Assembly (NCBI GenBank): GCA_050575255.1
Contig: JBNZDD010013718.1
Span: 8,621,677 to 8,685,676, forward strand
DNA: 64,000 nt
Direction: 5' to 3'
DNA from: Harriotta raleighana
Taxonomy: Eukaryota
Shown here: positions 1-12,865 of the stretch, in pieces
Position numbering within the stretch: position 1 is the stretch's first letter
How the letters are laid out: each line of letters begins with the position of its first letter
Position numbers and translations under genes: made by a program
Notes under the pieces: generated by a model
Databases searched by the model: none
Told to the model about the DNA's origin: nothing
Seen by the model: only the letters and a program-made list of their open reading frames with translations

Positions 1-395
1 TCCTACCTCTCCGACCTTCTATCCCCCTATCTACCTGCCCGTACCCTCCGTTCCTCTGGCACTGGTCTGCTCCACAGCCCTTGCCCTAACCGTCCTACCA
101 TCGGCGGCCGGGCTTTCAGCCGCTCAGCCCCCAGGCTCTGGAACTCCATCCCCCTGTGCCTTCGCCTCGCTTCCTCCCTTCCCTCTTTCAAGGCCGGTCT
201 CAAGACCTTTCTCTTCGACCGTGCCTTCAACTCCCCTCTCGACTCTCTACCCCCTCCTTGCTCCTACCCTTCCCCCCCCTTGCCCTGAACATTTTCCCTT
301 GCTCGGGTCCTGAACCAATCTGTCCAGCGCCTTGGGACGTCCTCCTGATGTGAAACGCGCTCTATAAGTGTAATTTTGTTGTTGTTGTTGTTGTT
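1..395 (+). mobile_element. L2-clade LINE 3' end (ORF2 C-terminus, 3' UTR, (TGT)n tail); continues upstream of the window
   Basis: Frame +1 reads SYLSDLLSPYLPARTLRSSGTGLL...GGRAFSRSAPRLWNSIP...SFKAGLKTFLFDRAF, a typical L2 ORF2 C-terminus. It is followed by a GCGCCTTGGGACGTCC...GAAACGCGC stem-loop tail and a (TGT)n microsatellite. Confidence 0.9.
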
Positions 396-514
396 TATTA
401 GGCTAATGTTAAATTACCCTTCTAGGCTGAATCGGTCTGTAATTTAATTGAAAGGTTTTTTGTTACTGATATAATTATTTTTCGCCCTGGTTTCTAAAAT
501 AAGACTGGGATACA

Positions 515-580
515 TTTGAAGCGCTCTGAGACGCCATCCGGCATGGAGGGCGCTATATAAATTTAAATTGTTGTTGTTGA
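515..580 (+). mobile_element. short L2/SINE-type 3' tail fragment
   Basis: GAAGCGCTCTGAGACG...GGCGCTATATAAAT followed by (TGT)n. Confidence 0.6.
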
Positions 581-2224
581 GTGTCAAGCTGGCTCCATAA
601 GGGCAAAAAAGGGTCTTTCATCCAACCTCCCTCGGCCAACAGCAACAGTTTGCACTTGTACAGTGTGAAGTCTCAGGTAATTCAGCAATTACTCAAAAGG
701 CTCTTGGAGTTTCCATGTAGCTCAGTCAGTTAAGAATAGTGGAGTTAGAGCCCAGGCTACTGAATTTAAATCCCTTGATCTATTGACCTTCTGAGACAGA
801 TAACACATCTTAGGATGTGGGGAGCAAACTGGAGACTTATGAAGCTCGCTTGTTATTGCACATGTCTGCGTACTAGGTCCAGTGCTGGACCCAACCTGCC
901 TAATCTGACCATTCTCAATTACTGCTTGAGATCTGTAGAAATGAGGTTAGTAACTATCTTTTTACTGAACTTTCTATGAAATGATTTGTTTACACAGCAT
1001 TTGCTGCAGTCGAATGCATAAAATATTAATCGGACAAAACAAAACAATTTGGAGCTGCTCGGGTTAAAGCGTGTTCCTCTGGTTTAGTCTTTTGGCCCCA
1101 GTGAATGGAGTTTTAAGTGTGTGACATTTGACCCCACCTCTTGTTGCCGATGGTACTTTATTTTACATCTCTGACCATCGGTCGTCAAGCAGGCTGCAAC
1201 CTTTGACTTTTATAGCATATTAAATTTGCTTTCCCCATATGTCGCTTAGCCTCCAGGGCAAAGATGGAGAAAGGCATTGATGGCTCTGACTCTGTCCTGG
1301 GACTTGACTTCCTGTCATGGGAATTTCAGAGAAACTTCAAATAAAAGGGTTCCCCTCATTTATTTTCAGTTTATGCAATTCTATGGAACCTCCTTTCATC
1401 CTGCACTTTATGTTTTCTGACAATACAATGCTACCAACTGTGCTAAATTGATATATTGAACTCCCCCCCCCCCCCAGCACCCACCCATTTTGGTTTAAGG
1501 ACAGCTAATTGCAAGACTGTCACCTTGAGATCTGACTCAAGTGATTGACTCAATCAAGTTGCGATTGAATAGAGAAGTTTTCCTTTGAGAATTTGGGAAT
1601 TTGTGTTTATAATTTAGTGCCATCGCTCTTTGGAGTCATTAAACCCCAACATCCCAATGGACGAACCTGATGCAGATTGTGAATGTGCCCTTTTCTGTGT
1701 TGCAATTCAGTGCACAGATCTGACAGCTGTAGTCTAGGAGGCTGCTGCTGCTTGAACTTTTGTATCTCGTCCTGTCGCCTCCAATCTCTCCAGTTCAACC
1801 AGATTGACTGCTGAATATCCTCTCGTTGAAGCCGCGAGTGGTTTCTCTTTTAACCAAAATAATGATTTCAAGTTCAGACCCAAAAGTATGGAACAAATGA
1901 TGTGCTTGAAAAATAATAAAGGGGAATGGGACCGAGCAGGAGAGTGGGATTACAATCAACGCAAACTTGAAGGTCTGAAAGGCTTTTTTCTGTGTTGCAA
2001 TATTTTGTTGGGCAAAGTTGGGTTGTTCCATAATACTGTAGAAAGATCAGGTTACAGAATGCTAAAAACCTTACTTTGAGGAAGGAAAGACTATTTGACC
2101 TATCAAGCCACTCCTTCCACTGTAATCCCTTCCCCCCCACCCCTCCCACATACTTCCATAGAGATTCCCAGATCCCGAAAGGCAATCAAGCAAATACTGC
2201 AGAATATTCAGCCATCCCTATGTC

Positions 2225-2330
2225 GCTGCTATTTTGCCACAAATACACTTTACAGTATATTCTGGTAAGCGCTTTGAGACGTCTCACCAACATAAGGTGC
2301 TAAATCAAATGCAAGGATTATTATTATTAT
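2225..2330 (+). mobile_element. tRNA-SINE family A, 3' fragment
   Basis: CACTTTACAGTATATTCTG..AAGCGCTTTGAGACGTCTC...AAATGCAAGG(ATT)n matches the 3' half of the full copies at 54876 and 56627. Confidence 0.8.
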
Positions 2331-3109
2331 CAGCCTAGCCCTACATTGAGAAGATTTCTTCCTCTTTCCCCAACAACTTAGAAACCATTGAGCTGAGCGA
2401 TATGCTCACCCACTTTCAGTCACAGTACTGCAAACACATCCACCTTTCCTAGTGTGCTGTAGTTTTCAAATTCAGATGCAGGATTTATATCACTAACGGT
2501 GCAAATGTACTGATGGTTAGCCATTAGCATTCTGCTCGCGCGACGATCTAGAAATAAAATTGACTTTACTTGATTAATGGGAGTTTGAAGGCTGGGATTG
2601 GAGTGGTGGTGGGGGGTATTGGGATGGGGAGAGGAATTGTGAGTGTCTCTTCTAAACATATCAGCATATGTTGTCTTCAAAGCAGAGTCACAAACATACA
2701 CGCACACTGTGTGAGCTGGCAGAGGTGAGAGACACTGTCTTGTGGCTGATTTCTAATGTTCTTTAGAATCCAGTATTTTGAGGAGATGCTGTGAATAAGA
2801 AGCAGAAGCTGGAGATTGCAGGTTAAAATCACTCCATTGCTCCCCAGTCCTCTCCTTTTAAATATAGAGTATTTTTAATTGGGACATGTTACACGTGCGA
2901 TGGAAGGACCTAGTGTAGGATTTGTTTTGCATAATTTTAGATTTCTCAAGGGACCTTCAGGATGAATAACAATTCTTCTGACATTTCCTGATGTTTAATA
3001 AAATATTTCCAAACTCTCTACATCCTTTTTGCCCTATTTATGCCCCTCTAATGCCCCACCTCGTTGTATCTCTTCCATCTCTAACATTACAGTTATTATA
3101 TTGTGAGGT

Positions 3110-3226
3110 TTCACTCACAATTATACAGTCAGTTCACTTTATAGTACAGTATAACCTGTGAAGCACCTGAGACATCTAGAAGATGTGAAAATCGCTATAT
3201 CAAATGCAAGGATTCTTATTATTATT
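3110..3226 (+). mobile_element. tRNA-SINE family A, 3' fragment
   Basis: Same tail (GTGAAGCAC...GAGACATC...CGCTATATCAAATGCAAGGATT..TTATT). Confidence 0.8.
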
Positions 3227-4339
3227 GAAGAGAGCTCCAGACAAACAAAGTCAAGCCAACATACAGTCAATGTATATAAAGCTCACAATCTTCACCCTCA
3301 ATGTTTGGGATTGAAGCTCAGTTTAACGGTTACGTGCAATGAGATCTGATAGCTTTGCTCCTCAGGCTGAGCTTGGATTAACTTTCAGCACGGATTTTAG
3401 AGTTAATCTGTACAGTTCCTTTTATTTGTAATGAGGTATATTATAGGAGGATAAGAATATATAGGTCCAGAAAGGGTCATGAAGGTCCATCTACCCGGTC
3501 AATAATGAGAACGGAGTCCTAACCACTCTATGTCTCAGACTTCTCAATTGATTTCTTTTTGCCAAACACCTATCTAATTTCCTCTCGAGTACAATACACC
3601 TCCATTGGGTCAGTATATTGGGTTTCAAAATCGCTTTGCCAGATCTTACATTTTGTGTATCCGACTGAAAGATTATTGAGGGAAAAGCAATTTTTTTCTC
3701 TCCCCTCTCTACAGTTTGGTCAAGTATTCTTTGTATAGCGAGTGGGGTTGGGGGTGAAGAGGATGGAATTCTCTAGCTGTCAGTTTGCTAATGGGCCTCA
3801 TGGTCTGAGCAGGTGTGGGAAAGGAAATATAGATTTTGGTGTGGCCTGTGTAGATCCATGATGCTCTCCATTCAAAGTCGTAAATTCAGTATTGATCTTC
3901 GTGTGAGCTACAGCTGTAACATCTAGAGGCTATCCAAGAGCGATCTGCTTTGAGTCTAATAGCAGATGGTGAGGGGAAATCACAGGGGTGTAGGTCACCT
4001 CTCATTGGGGCCAAGGCCAACATGTGCAAAACTGGTGAAGCTAAAAGCTCAAGACAAAAGCAGACTCATTCACAATCAGCTGTAATTCAACCCATCACCA
4101 GACAGCCAGCCAGCCATTATTTTCTACATTACACTGCATTTAATTTTAAAGCTATCTACTGTCTCTTGTTGTGGTAGCAAGGGATCTGGAATAATTAACA
4201 TTTGGTTAATCTGAGGTTTAGAAATCCAGGCAAACTAGCCAATTGTGTGCATTATGAAGTGCATGTAGCTAATCCATGAGATCAGCACCTGAGAGCCTGC
4301 AGTGACATTGGTGGAGGGGGGGGAATAATAATAATTACT

Positions 4340-4473
4340 AAAAATAATTACTACTAATAATAATAATCCTTGCATTTGATATAGCACCTTATCACATCTT
4401 TGAGATGACTTAAAGTGCTTCACAGAATATACAGTACTTTAAAAATTAATTGACTGAACATTTTGTGGGCAAA
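4340..4473 (-). mobile_element. tRNA-SINE family A, 3' fragment
   Basis: Reverse-complement tail (TAA)nTCCTTGCATTTGATATAGCACC...CTTCACAGAATATA. Confidence 0.8.
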
Positions 4474-4764
4474 GCCAATATCCATAACGGAACCAAACAA
4501 ATTGATGTACTCTACAGTATTTTCCTTCTCCCCTGTATGGTTACATTTTTCTCTGGTCGATTTTATCCTTCAAAAGCTGACAGTTTGCACTGGAACCCCT
4601 CTTGTCAAACTCAAGACTGCCACAAATAATTAACCTTCAAGACTGAGGGCTGAAATCTGGCCTCTAGTACTGCAGGAGCCCAGCACGTGTGGACGTGAGG
4701 TATTTGCCAGTTGGCAGTGTGACCCTGCATAGAGCACAGTAGAATAAATATGAACCAATCCTTG

Positions 4765-4860
4765 TGGCTCCACCAATAGCCCAGCTGAGATCAGCTAACT
4801 CTGCTGAGCAGTCACTGAATCCAGGATTTTCTGCCAAACTGCACTGCTCAGCACCACTTC
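4765..4860 (-). mobile_element. SINE family B fragment
   Basis: GCTGAGATCAGCTAACTC is the reverse complement of the motif in the copy at 63410-63570 (GCTGAATTAACAGATCTCAGC). Confidence 0.45.
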
Positions 4861-5555
4861 CGTCAGTGCACTGACCCACTATGAGGTTCAAATTACAGGG
4901 CAATGTGACAATTAACACTTTGTACCTTGCGATTTTTACCCTTCTGTTGCTATTTAAGTTTGATATCTCCAGTTATGTATAGAATTCCTCTGAAGGTGGT
5001 GAAGAAAGAAATCCTTGTTTGTACTCAATGAAAGATCACCAATCCCGTTCAATTAAAGGATCCTTCAACTGGCTAAACATCCTTTTAATCATTTAAAATG
5101 TAAATTTTGTGATAACGTTTCTGAAGGGTTTGATTCATCAGTAATTTGCCATCTCATGTGACACCTCAGCTGCTTCTCCAGATAAATTGGTTAATCACTC
5201 AACGGCTGTTATGATATGATGTATTTTGCCCACAATTTTTTTTTGTTACGTTATTAAAAACACATAGTCACTCTCCTTTACAACATATTCTGTGAAGCAC
5301 TTTGGGATGTCTCAGCAACTTGATAAACTCATTACATTTATTGAATGCAGCCAAATTTCACCATACGGGAAACGTGGAGTAAAATAATTCTCAATCTATC
5401 TATCTGGATATTTGTTGGGGGAAACCGTTTGGTGCATGTAGACTTTTATGGATTTAATTTTATGAAGAAAACAGACATTCTAAGAATCAGATTTATGTAC
5501 CACAATCACAACATACAGATTTCATAACTGAATGCACTGCAGGAAGGAAAAGCAA

Positions 5556-5574
5556 CAGCACCGCCTGGTGGTGA
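5556..5574 (-). promoter_or_regulatory. candidate CTCF core motif
   Basis: Minus strand reads CACCACCAGGCGGTGCTG, close to the CCASYAGRKGGCRS consensus. Motif match only. Confidence 0.35.
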
Positions 5575-8479
5575 AAGTGTGTAAAATAAAGTTCAGTAAA
5601 TCTGTTTGTCTGTTTGCAATGTGACCGGCCTAAAAAATATATTTTTCCACTGATTCCCAGACAAATAGTTTGTGCATATGCAGGAGTTGCAATGCTATAA
5701 TCGGCTCAAGTAATCGGCCTCGCTGTAAACTGCATCTGTGTACACGGAGCTCCATTCTGTGTCTCCTTCCAGCCCCACCCCATTATACACATAACACCAT
5801 GTTTGCGTAGCTTTCTGCCCTCACTAAGTAGGCTCATGTGAGAATGGCAAGATACTGAAAAGAACTATATCTCAGCATGAGTTGGCACCTATAGAAGACG
5901 TGGAGAGACAAGTTGGAGAGGAGACAGATTTTGTGCTTGGAGAGGATTATTTTGCAGCAACGGCTGGATATCAGTAATTCCTGATTTGTGTACTCATGAC
6001 ACCAGTCTCCACTCTTTGGCAGTGTTTCTGAACTCTTGAGTGCCAGACACTTGGGACGAACGTTAACACCAGCCAAACCATCTGTGTAACCCTGATACAG
6101 ACAGCCCCAGATAATCCTCTCTTAGCTCTTCACAAACGTAAAACTGGGTGAATAGACACAATACCCAAAGACACTGAATTGAAACTACACACAAACATTT
6201 AGGGAGCGCAGAGATGGGCGCGGACATGAAACTTTACTGCACATGGGAAGCATCTCATTGAAGCCCAACTGCACCCATATGCTGATGCACGTTCTCTTCC
6301 AAAGGCAAAGAAGCTTGTTAAAATTCACAGTGAAGCAAGATGCCAAATCAATTATAAGCAACGAGAAGTGAAGGTGTGAGCATGTCAGAGACTGGCAAAA
6401 TTACTCAACAACCAGCACTTTCCTCATATAATTCCTTCTAAATTTATCCCAGTGTCACTCTTTGCATGAAGACAGATGCAACAAATTGATACAACTGTAT
6501 CCACAAGGCAATACATTTGTCATTTTCTTTCCCAATGACAATAATAATTAGCTATATTCTTGTTAGTTATCGCCTTCTTTGAAAAGGAGGGGCAATTATT
6601 AATGGGGCTGAATAGTTAGGCTAACCAAGGAAGATGGAGATTGCATGGCTCATTGTATACCATCACCTGGAGCAAACAAGGATATTGGTAAGTGTTCAAC
6701 TTTTGTTTTTGGAATTATGGGGACTGTTCTTGCTCTTTAACCTCAAACTGACAGCGCATTGAATGGTAGCTTGTCTGGTTGTTCCTGGAAGTGTGTGGGT
6801 ATACCAGTGGTCAGATGCTCTTCCGATTCTTCAGACCACTTGGCAAGACAATCCCAGAAATTCAGTTGAATCAGAAACCTTGGCGGATTATAAAGGATTA
6901 GTCAGAGTTTGAGAGGAACCCAGCAAAAAAGCAACACAGCGATCTAAACTTCAGCTAATCAAAGCAGATGGAAACATCCTCTTGGAACTTTGTGCACCAG
7001 TGACAGATGGAGGCACTCGGCTGGCCTCTCATCCCTTCTGGAATGTCATCCAACCCCGCTGGCTCAATTCTTCACAATATTTCCAACATTGCCAGCAACC
7101 TTCTTGTCTTAGAAAATGCTGATGCAGTATAACATTGTACCATGCCCGTTATTGAATGCTTCTGACTGTAATATTCTTTGATGTGTTAGCACAAATTGAG
7201 AGTTTATTCATAATGCATCCCCCAAATGTAGAGCAGAATATCCTGTGTTATCAATTGCTAAGACCTCAATGTACTTTTCAAGGTGATTCAAACTGCTGTA
7301 GCCAGGTTTACCCCACAAGCACTGACAGTTCCGCACACTGTAAATTGATTTAAAATTGTTGTACAATAAGCGAGTCTTATAGCGTTTATATAAATTACAG
7401 CAAAGGCAGAAGCCAGCCATTCAGCACATCCATCTTATGCTGAAGTCAGGTCCTCCACTAAAGCTATGTAATGAAATGCCGATTCTCTGCTCTTTCCCCT
7501 CGTGGACTTTTATATAATTCACCTTCAAATAGTTATCCAATGCCTTTTTTATTATCCTGCTAAAATGGAGGAATTCGTCATTTTCATCCACCTGTTTCAA
7601 GGCACATCCCAACCCATTCATTATATTTACACACATTGAGGGCTGAAGGCTCCAATCTTACTCTTGGTGAGATATCCGTTGCCCAAATTGGATGAACTTC
7701 CTTGGCCGGATGTTTTCCAACCACAAGCAGTATTGTCTTCACTGTATTTAGGGATACTTCAAGCTATGAGTCAGATTGTTTTTTGATTTAAGTTTAGTCC
7801 AAATTCCAGCATTTGATTAGAAAGCCAGCCTTCCAAAATAGATGGTGGGAGCTGGAAGAAAGAAGAAGAAGCAAGTGAAAGCTTTTTTTTGTAAAACAAA
7901 GTTCTAAAAGTTAGAATAATGAGTTTGGATGGATAGAAAAGAAAGTTACAAATTTCAAAAAAGGACGAAAAGAAAATAATAATAATAATGCTTGCAGTAG
8001 ATTTATTTTCATGTCATTGAAACATCTCTAATGCTTCACAGGATTTACTGCACAGTATAGTGTATGTGTAGTTTATAGGCATACAAAAGATGAAAACAAT
8101 TTGGAATTGTTATTTCTCATTTAAATGGAATAAAGAATCGAGGCACTTTTTATTGTAATATTCGTGTTTTTCTCAGCTTCTCACCAGGGTCTATTATGCA
8201 CCAATTCCCCATTATGCATGGGTAACAAAAAGATTGCAAGTTTTGCAAGTGTTAGTGATTGGCATACAATAGACCTATTGTATGAGCTGGAGTTCATTGA
8301 GACAGGATTTCTGTACCTGCCCGGAACGTAACGGTTAATGCACTAATATTCTTCTGGTATAAAGCTCCGAATTCATTACCCTGTGCTACACATTACGCTT
8401 CCATCATCTACTTCAAGATTTTTTTTCGAGACTGTTTGGAGAAATTGTGTTATTAAGTGGCTGTTTTTCATAGAACAAC

Positions 8480-9200
8480 TGCATAAAAGCACTAGCTATG
8501 AACATTCACTTGTATTGAAATCCTAGCCACATCCTGATATAGGAACTAATTTAAATAACTCCAGATGAAAATACGTTTAAGAAAGGAGGGTTCCAGCTAT
8601 GAAAATAATGAGGATTTCTTCGAGGATGTAATGATTTGATGAATGATGAATTGGTGATTATATATCTTGATATTCAGTAGACAAAGGATTACGAATGAGG
8701 TTCCTTCTGGTGAAAGTGGAAGTTCAAGATATGATATGGAGGAGAAAGGGCAGTAAATTGGATAATACATGGGCTAAATGATAGGAAACAAATGATAGGG
8801 ATCATTGGTGGCAGTCCTAACTGTACAGCTGTGACCTGTGGGTCTCTGTTGTGGCCACTGCTGTTTAAGGGAACAATTTTCCCAATATTTAACAGTTTGA
8901 ACTTTGTATAATGAGTGGAACATCCAAACAATTCAGAGACCCTTAGCCTGGGACATCGCACGTCTAAGAAATTCGATATTGAGGAATGAAAAATAATACA
9001 TTAGAACCAAAAGTAGCAAATATGATTCCTAACTGAGGGTCATATTAAAGGTAAGTTGGGAACAATATGTCATATACTATAATAGATGTCCAAAGACTGA
9101 AAGGGTTTTAATGCAGGCACCGGTTGTAAAATATTTGCCTGTATTTTAAGAACATAATTTTGAAGGCAATGGTATTAATATGTCTGTAAAATGTGAGGCA
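8480..9200 (+). mobile_element. highly degraded CR1-type LINE fragment
   Basis: Degenerate RT-region sequence (...TGGATAATACATGGGCTAAATGATAGGAAACAAA..., WI..WL.DRKQ-like) with many stops. Boundaries approximate. Confidence 0.45.
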
Positions 9201-10059
9201 TCACAAAATATTTGGAAGAAGAAACCCTTCTGTATCTCATTCATCCTGAAGACTCACCTGACCATCTCCCTATTACAGCATCGAGCTTCCAAATGAAGAC
9301 TTAGGAATTTTACAAAATTCTGTCCAATTTTACATTTTAAGATGGTGGTCTGAAATCTCTGAGGGATTTGGAGTCTCTGGTTAGCACAAGTGAGATCACC
9401 ATTCTTTTTATGTGACAGAAGAAATGCTGAAAGATATCATTCTATAGCATCTATATTATGTACATAGTAATAGGGATGTCATTACAACTCCATGTGTAAA
9501 TATAGCCCCTAATCTCCCCTTAGCCTGTCATTGAATCCATCTTTCATCACTTAAAGTATAGGGCAGGTAGAATGAGGGTTCCTTGGATTTTTGTTTTATT
9601 CTACGCATGACTCTGGTGCTAAGATGCGCATGTTTAGCTTTAAATATAACTCTCCAGACAAAAAAAATATTATTTTTAAACATTTGTGGTTAACATTTCA
9701 AGAGTAATTGCATGCTCCTAAGACACACCTATCAATTTATTTTAGTGCAAATAAGTATTTTGTGCTTTAGGCTAAAATTGCAATGGAACATTGTCATTTT
9801 GTTTCGGAGTTTGTTTAATGTGACTTTCAGCAGCAGCTTTTATTGAGATTGAAGAGAAACCTACTTCAATTTAAATTAAGACAGATCTGTCTAACAGAAT
9901 GCAGGACTCAAAGTATATCCAGAAAGGGAGATTAGGATTGAATTTAGATGTTATCTACCTGTAAATGTATCAAAGAGAGAGTGTGGTTAATCTTTTTGAA
10001 AAGCATCTATGTAGCATGTTGAAATACATTTCCATAACACTGTATCAAAAAGATAATCC

Positions 10060-10590
10060 TTTAGCCCCTATAAGGCTGTAATGTCTCAAAAGGCTTCACA
10101 GATATTTACTGTCAAGGGTAGGTAAATGTGTCAGTGATTTTGCGCAGAACAAGGACCCACCAATGAAGAGAATGACTCATTTATCTGGAAGATTGCTGGC
10201 AAGGTCATCGGGAAAACCTAGCTTCTCTTTTTCAAATAGGTTGTTAGTCAATTGGTAGATCGCTTTCTGGGGGGGTTATAAATATTAAAATTTATTTTTA
10301 AAAAAATAATAATTTAGTCATTCAATCTACGATTGTTTGTGGAACATTGCCTTGCAATATTTCTTACCGTGTTTCACCCACAAAATACACAGTCAATTCA
10401 TTTTACAGTCTCATCTTGTGAGGGGCTTTGAGACACGGAAAGGCGCTGTAACCAAATGCAACGATTATTATTAAATAATACCTTGGCATCTTTTACTGTC
10501 CACCTGAACCGGTAAACAGGACATTGGTTTAATGACTCAACCAAAGGATGATTCCCTTGACAATACAGCATCTCACATACCATCATAAGA
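10060..10590. mobile_element. cluster of SINE fragments: Deu-domain SINE pieces (-) interrupted by a family A copy (+) at about 10300-10475
   Basis: The family A 3' half ends in GCAACG(ATT)n. Flanking ATCTTTTACTGTCCACCTGA...GGTTTAATGACTCA resembles the DeuSINE core in reverse orientation. Confidence 0.6.
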
Positions 10591-11284
10591 AAGTGAATCT
10601 CAATGAAATGATCTCGAATGACAATATTAGCTGCTTATTGTCTCTCTAAGCTGGCGAAATCTCCGTTGCATAATTGACAGCAGTGTGCCTGGGAAATCCG
10701 ATCCTCCTTGGGATCACAAAGCCGGTCACATGACACCCACCGAACAGCTGGTGTCAGAATTGGAAAGGGATATGGAGTTGTGGAGGGGAGGTAGGAGGAC
10801 CACACTGCTCTCTGTCCTGCTATTAGGAAGAATAAAGAACTTTGCTCCCCCTCCCCCAATTCCTCTCGGGAGCTCGAATTGAAGCTAAGTCTGATGGATG
10901 GTGAATGAAAAAGATGACAAATGCTGCTGACTCATGTCTTTAACTGTTTGCTGCCTGTCTTTTGGGAAATATTTTTGTTTTAACGCTGAAAAAACCCCAC
11001 ATTAACCATTTGGAGCACTGAGCTTTTTACCGGTTCCGAAACACGGAAAAAAAATTCCTGCCGCTCAATATTTATTAACAGTCATTATTTGAAACTTCCA
11101 ACCAATATTTCAATGGGAAGTAAAGATATGTATTACCATCTGTTCCTAAGTATTCCAACAGGACTTGGCACCGAAATATATCAAGTCACTGCCAAACGGG
11201 AGCATCAGTTCTAGCCCTGAAAATACAAAGCCTAAATTGGCTGTTTAAGCGAGTCCATTTATTTTGCCCCGAAAGCAACTTGAG

Positions 11285-11370
11285 AACAACAACAACAACA
11301 ACAAAATTACACTTATAGAGCGCGTTTCACGTCAGGAGGACGTCCCAAGGCGCTGGACAGATTGGTTCAG
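11285..11370 (-). mobile_element. 5'-truncated L2 LINE tail
   Basis: (AAC)nAAAATTACACTTATAGAGCGCGTTTCACGTCAGGAGGACGTCCCAAGGCGCTGGACAGATTGGTTCAG is nearly identical to the reverse complement of 310-395. Confidence 0.9.
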
Positions 11371-11394
11371 AAGAACTCATGTTACCAATAAGAA

Positions 11395-11505
11395 GAAGAA
11401 TCCTTGTATTTAATGTAGCACCTTATCATGTCTTCGAGACATCTCAAAGGACTTCACAGAATATGCTGCAAAGTGAATTGACTGCATATTTTTATGGGCA
11501 AAATT
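11395..11505 (-). mobile_element. tRNA-SINE family A, 3' fragment
   Basis: Reverse-complement family A tail. Confidence 0.75.
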
Positions 11506-11642
11506 CTGTACCGTAATAAGAATAATAATTAATGATAATAACTTACATTTTAAGTAAAAGTAAATAAATGTCTAAGTACTTCACAACGTATATTGAGGAG
11601 AAATTCATGCTTTATAAGCAAACATGGCTCCATGTTTCTTTA

Positions 11643-11720
11643 AAATATTCTGTGAAGTGCTTTATATGTCTCAATGCCTTCATAAGATACTACATGAAAT
11701 GCAAGGATTATCATTATTAG
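11643..11720 (+). mobile_element. tRNA-SINE family A, 3' fragment
   Basis: ATATTCTGTGAAGTGCTTT...AAATGCAAGGATTATCATTATT. Confidence 0.7.
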
Positions 11721-12679
11721 GCAGTAATTTTTTGCATTTGGGTATAAAATCTACACTCCTCAATCTGCAAATATATCTTAAACCTAATGGACAGACTCCA
11801 TCTCTGTGTCTCTTGTACATAATACCAAACCTTCTGTCATTTTAAAGACCCTTTATCATGCCATCCTTCTGACAACAGTGCCAACAACTTCAAGCCTCAA
11901 AATAGGCCTCTGGATAATTTTATACATTAACATAACAACACAAGTGTTCAGTAATGTATAAATAGATCAGAAATAGAATAATGTGTCAAGTAGCAGGTGC
12001 AACACTGGTAATGAATCTCAACTCACCACTATTACAAGAGTTACACAGGCCTCACTCAGCTGGTCTTAGGGGGAAACCCATATAATGTATCTTAACTTCT
12101 TTAACATCAGGCCTTCCTATCCAATTTTAATGACCAGTCTAAAAGAATAGCAACTCACATTTATGTAAGGCCTTCACATCAGGTGATGTGTTGGAAAACT
12201 GTACAGTGCCAATAGAGGGTGACTAGGCACAACAGCACACAATTGCTAACACAGCCTGCATTACGTTTCCACACTGGCTTACACCTTCCTATATCTTGCC
12301 CAAGTGCAACCCAAGACAGTGAGTCAGCTTGCTATTTAACACAAGAGGAACATTAACAGCTGAGCCCAATCCTGTTTGTACTCTAGCTTCCCCCATCTCA
12401 GGGCACTAAATGCTAACTAACTAATGCTAACCCATCACAGACAGAGAATCAAATGCCATACTGTCAGTGTGGCTCAGTCCAACCCATAGGCTATGGGGGA
12501 TGTTTTGAATTTTTTTTGTGTGGTTGAATTGGCTCAGCAGGGAGCGAGCCAGGCACAAGAAGACACACATATAATGAGCTTTGGGACAACAACAACAAAA
12601 GGTGCCGTACAAATGCAAGTTGTTGTTGCATAAAAGATTTAAAGTAGAAGTTAATCCCCAAAACATCTGTCAATGAAAG

Positions 12680-12865
12680 GTAGTTAGATTGTGGCAGATT
12701 CTGCCACAATCCATTGTTGAAGCAGAGTCCATAGAAAGGTAATTAAATCGATGCTTGAAGAGAAGAAAATTAATGGATATGGGAGCAAAAAGGGGAGAGA
12801 GGGATTAGATTAATTAGTTCACGTGGAGGAAACACACCGACTCTGGTTTGGTGGCCTGATTCTAA
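12680..12865 (+). mobile_element. degraded CR1 LINE 3' fragment
   Basis: GGTAGTTAGATTGTGG..TTCTGCCACA...GTTGAAGCAGAGTCCATA...GGATATGGG pattern typical of the end of CR1 ORF2 and its 3' UTR. Confidence 0.5.

Noticed and set aside
1285-1345. SWDLTSC peptide resembling MAP1 exon 2 (SW.IDL.SC)
   Set aside because: No suitable splice sites, and the downstream residues do not match the expected LxLFxxRHxAxFS.
1607-2185. Cluster of overlapping short ORFs
   Set aside because: No recognisable homology or splice structure; consistent with chance ORFs.
6960-7045. RHSA peptide resembling MAP1 exon 2 (SRHSARFS)
   Set aside because: Flanking translation is unrelated and there is no 102-bp exon structure.
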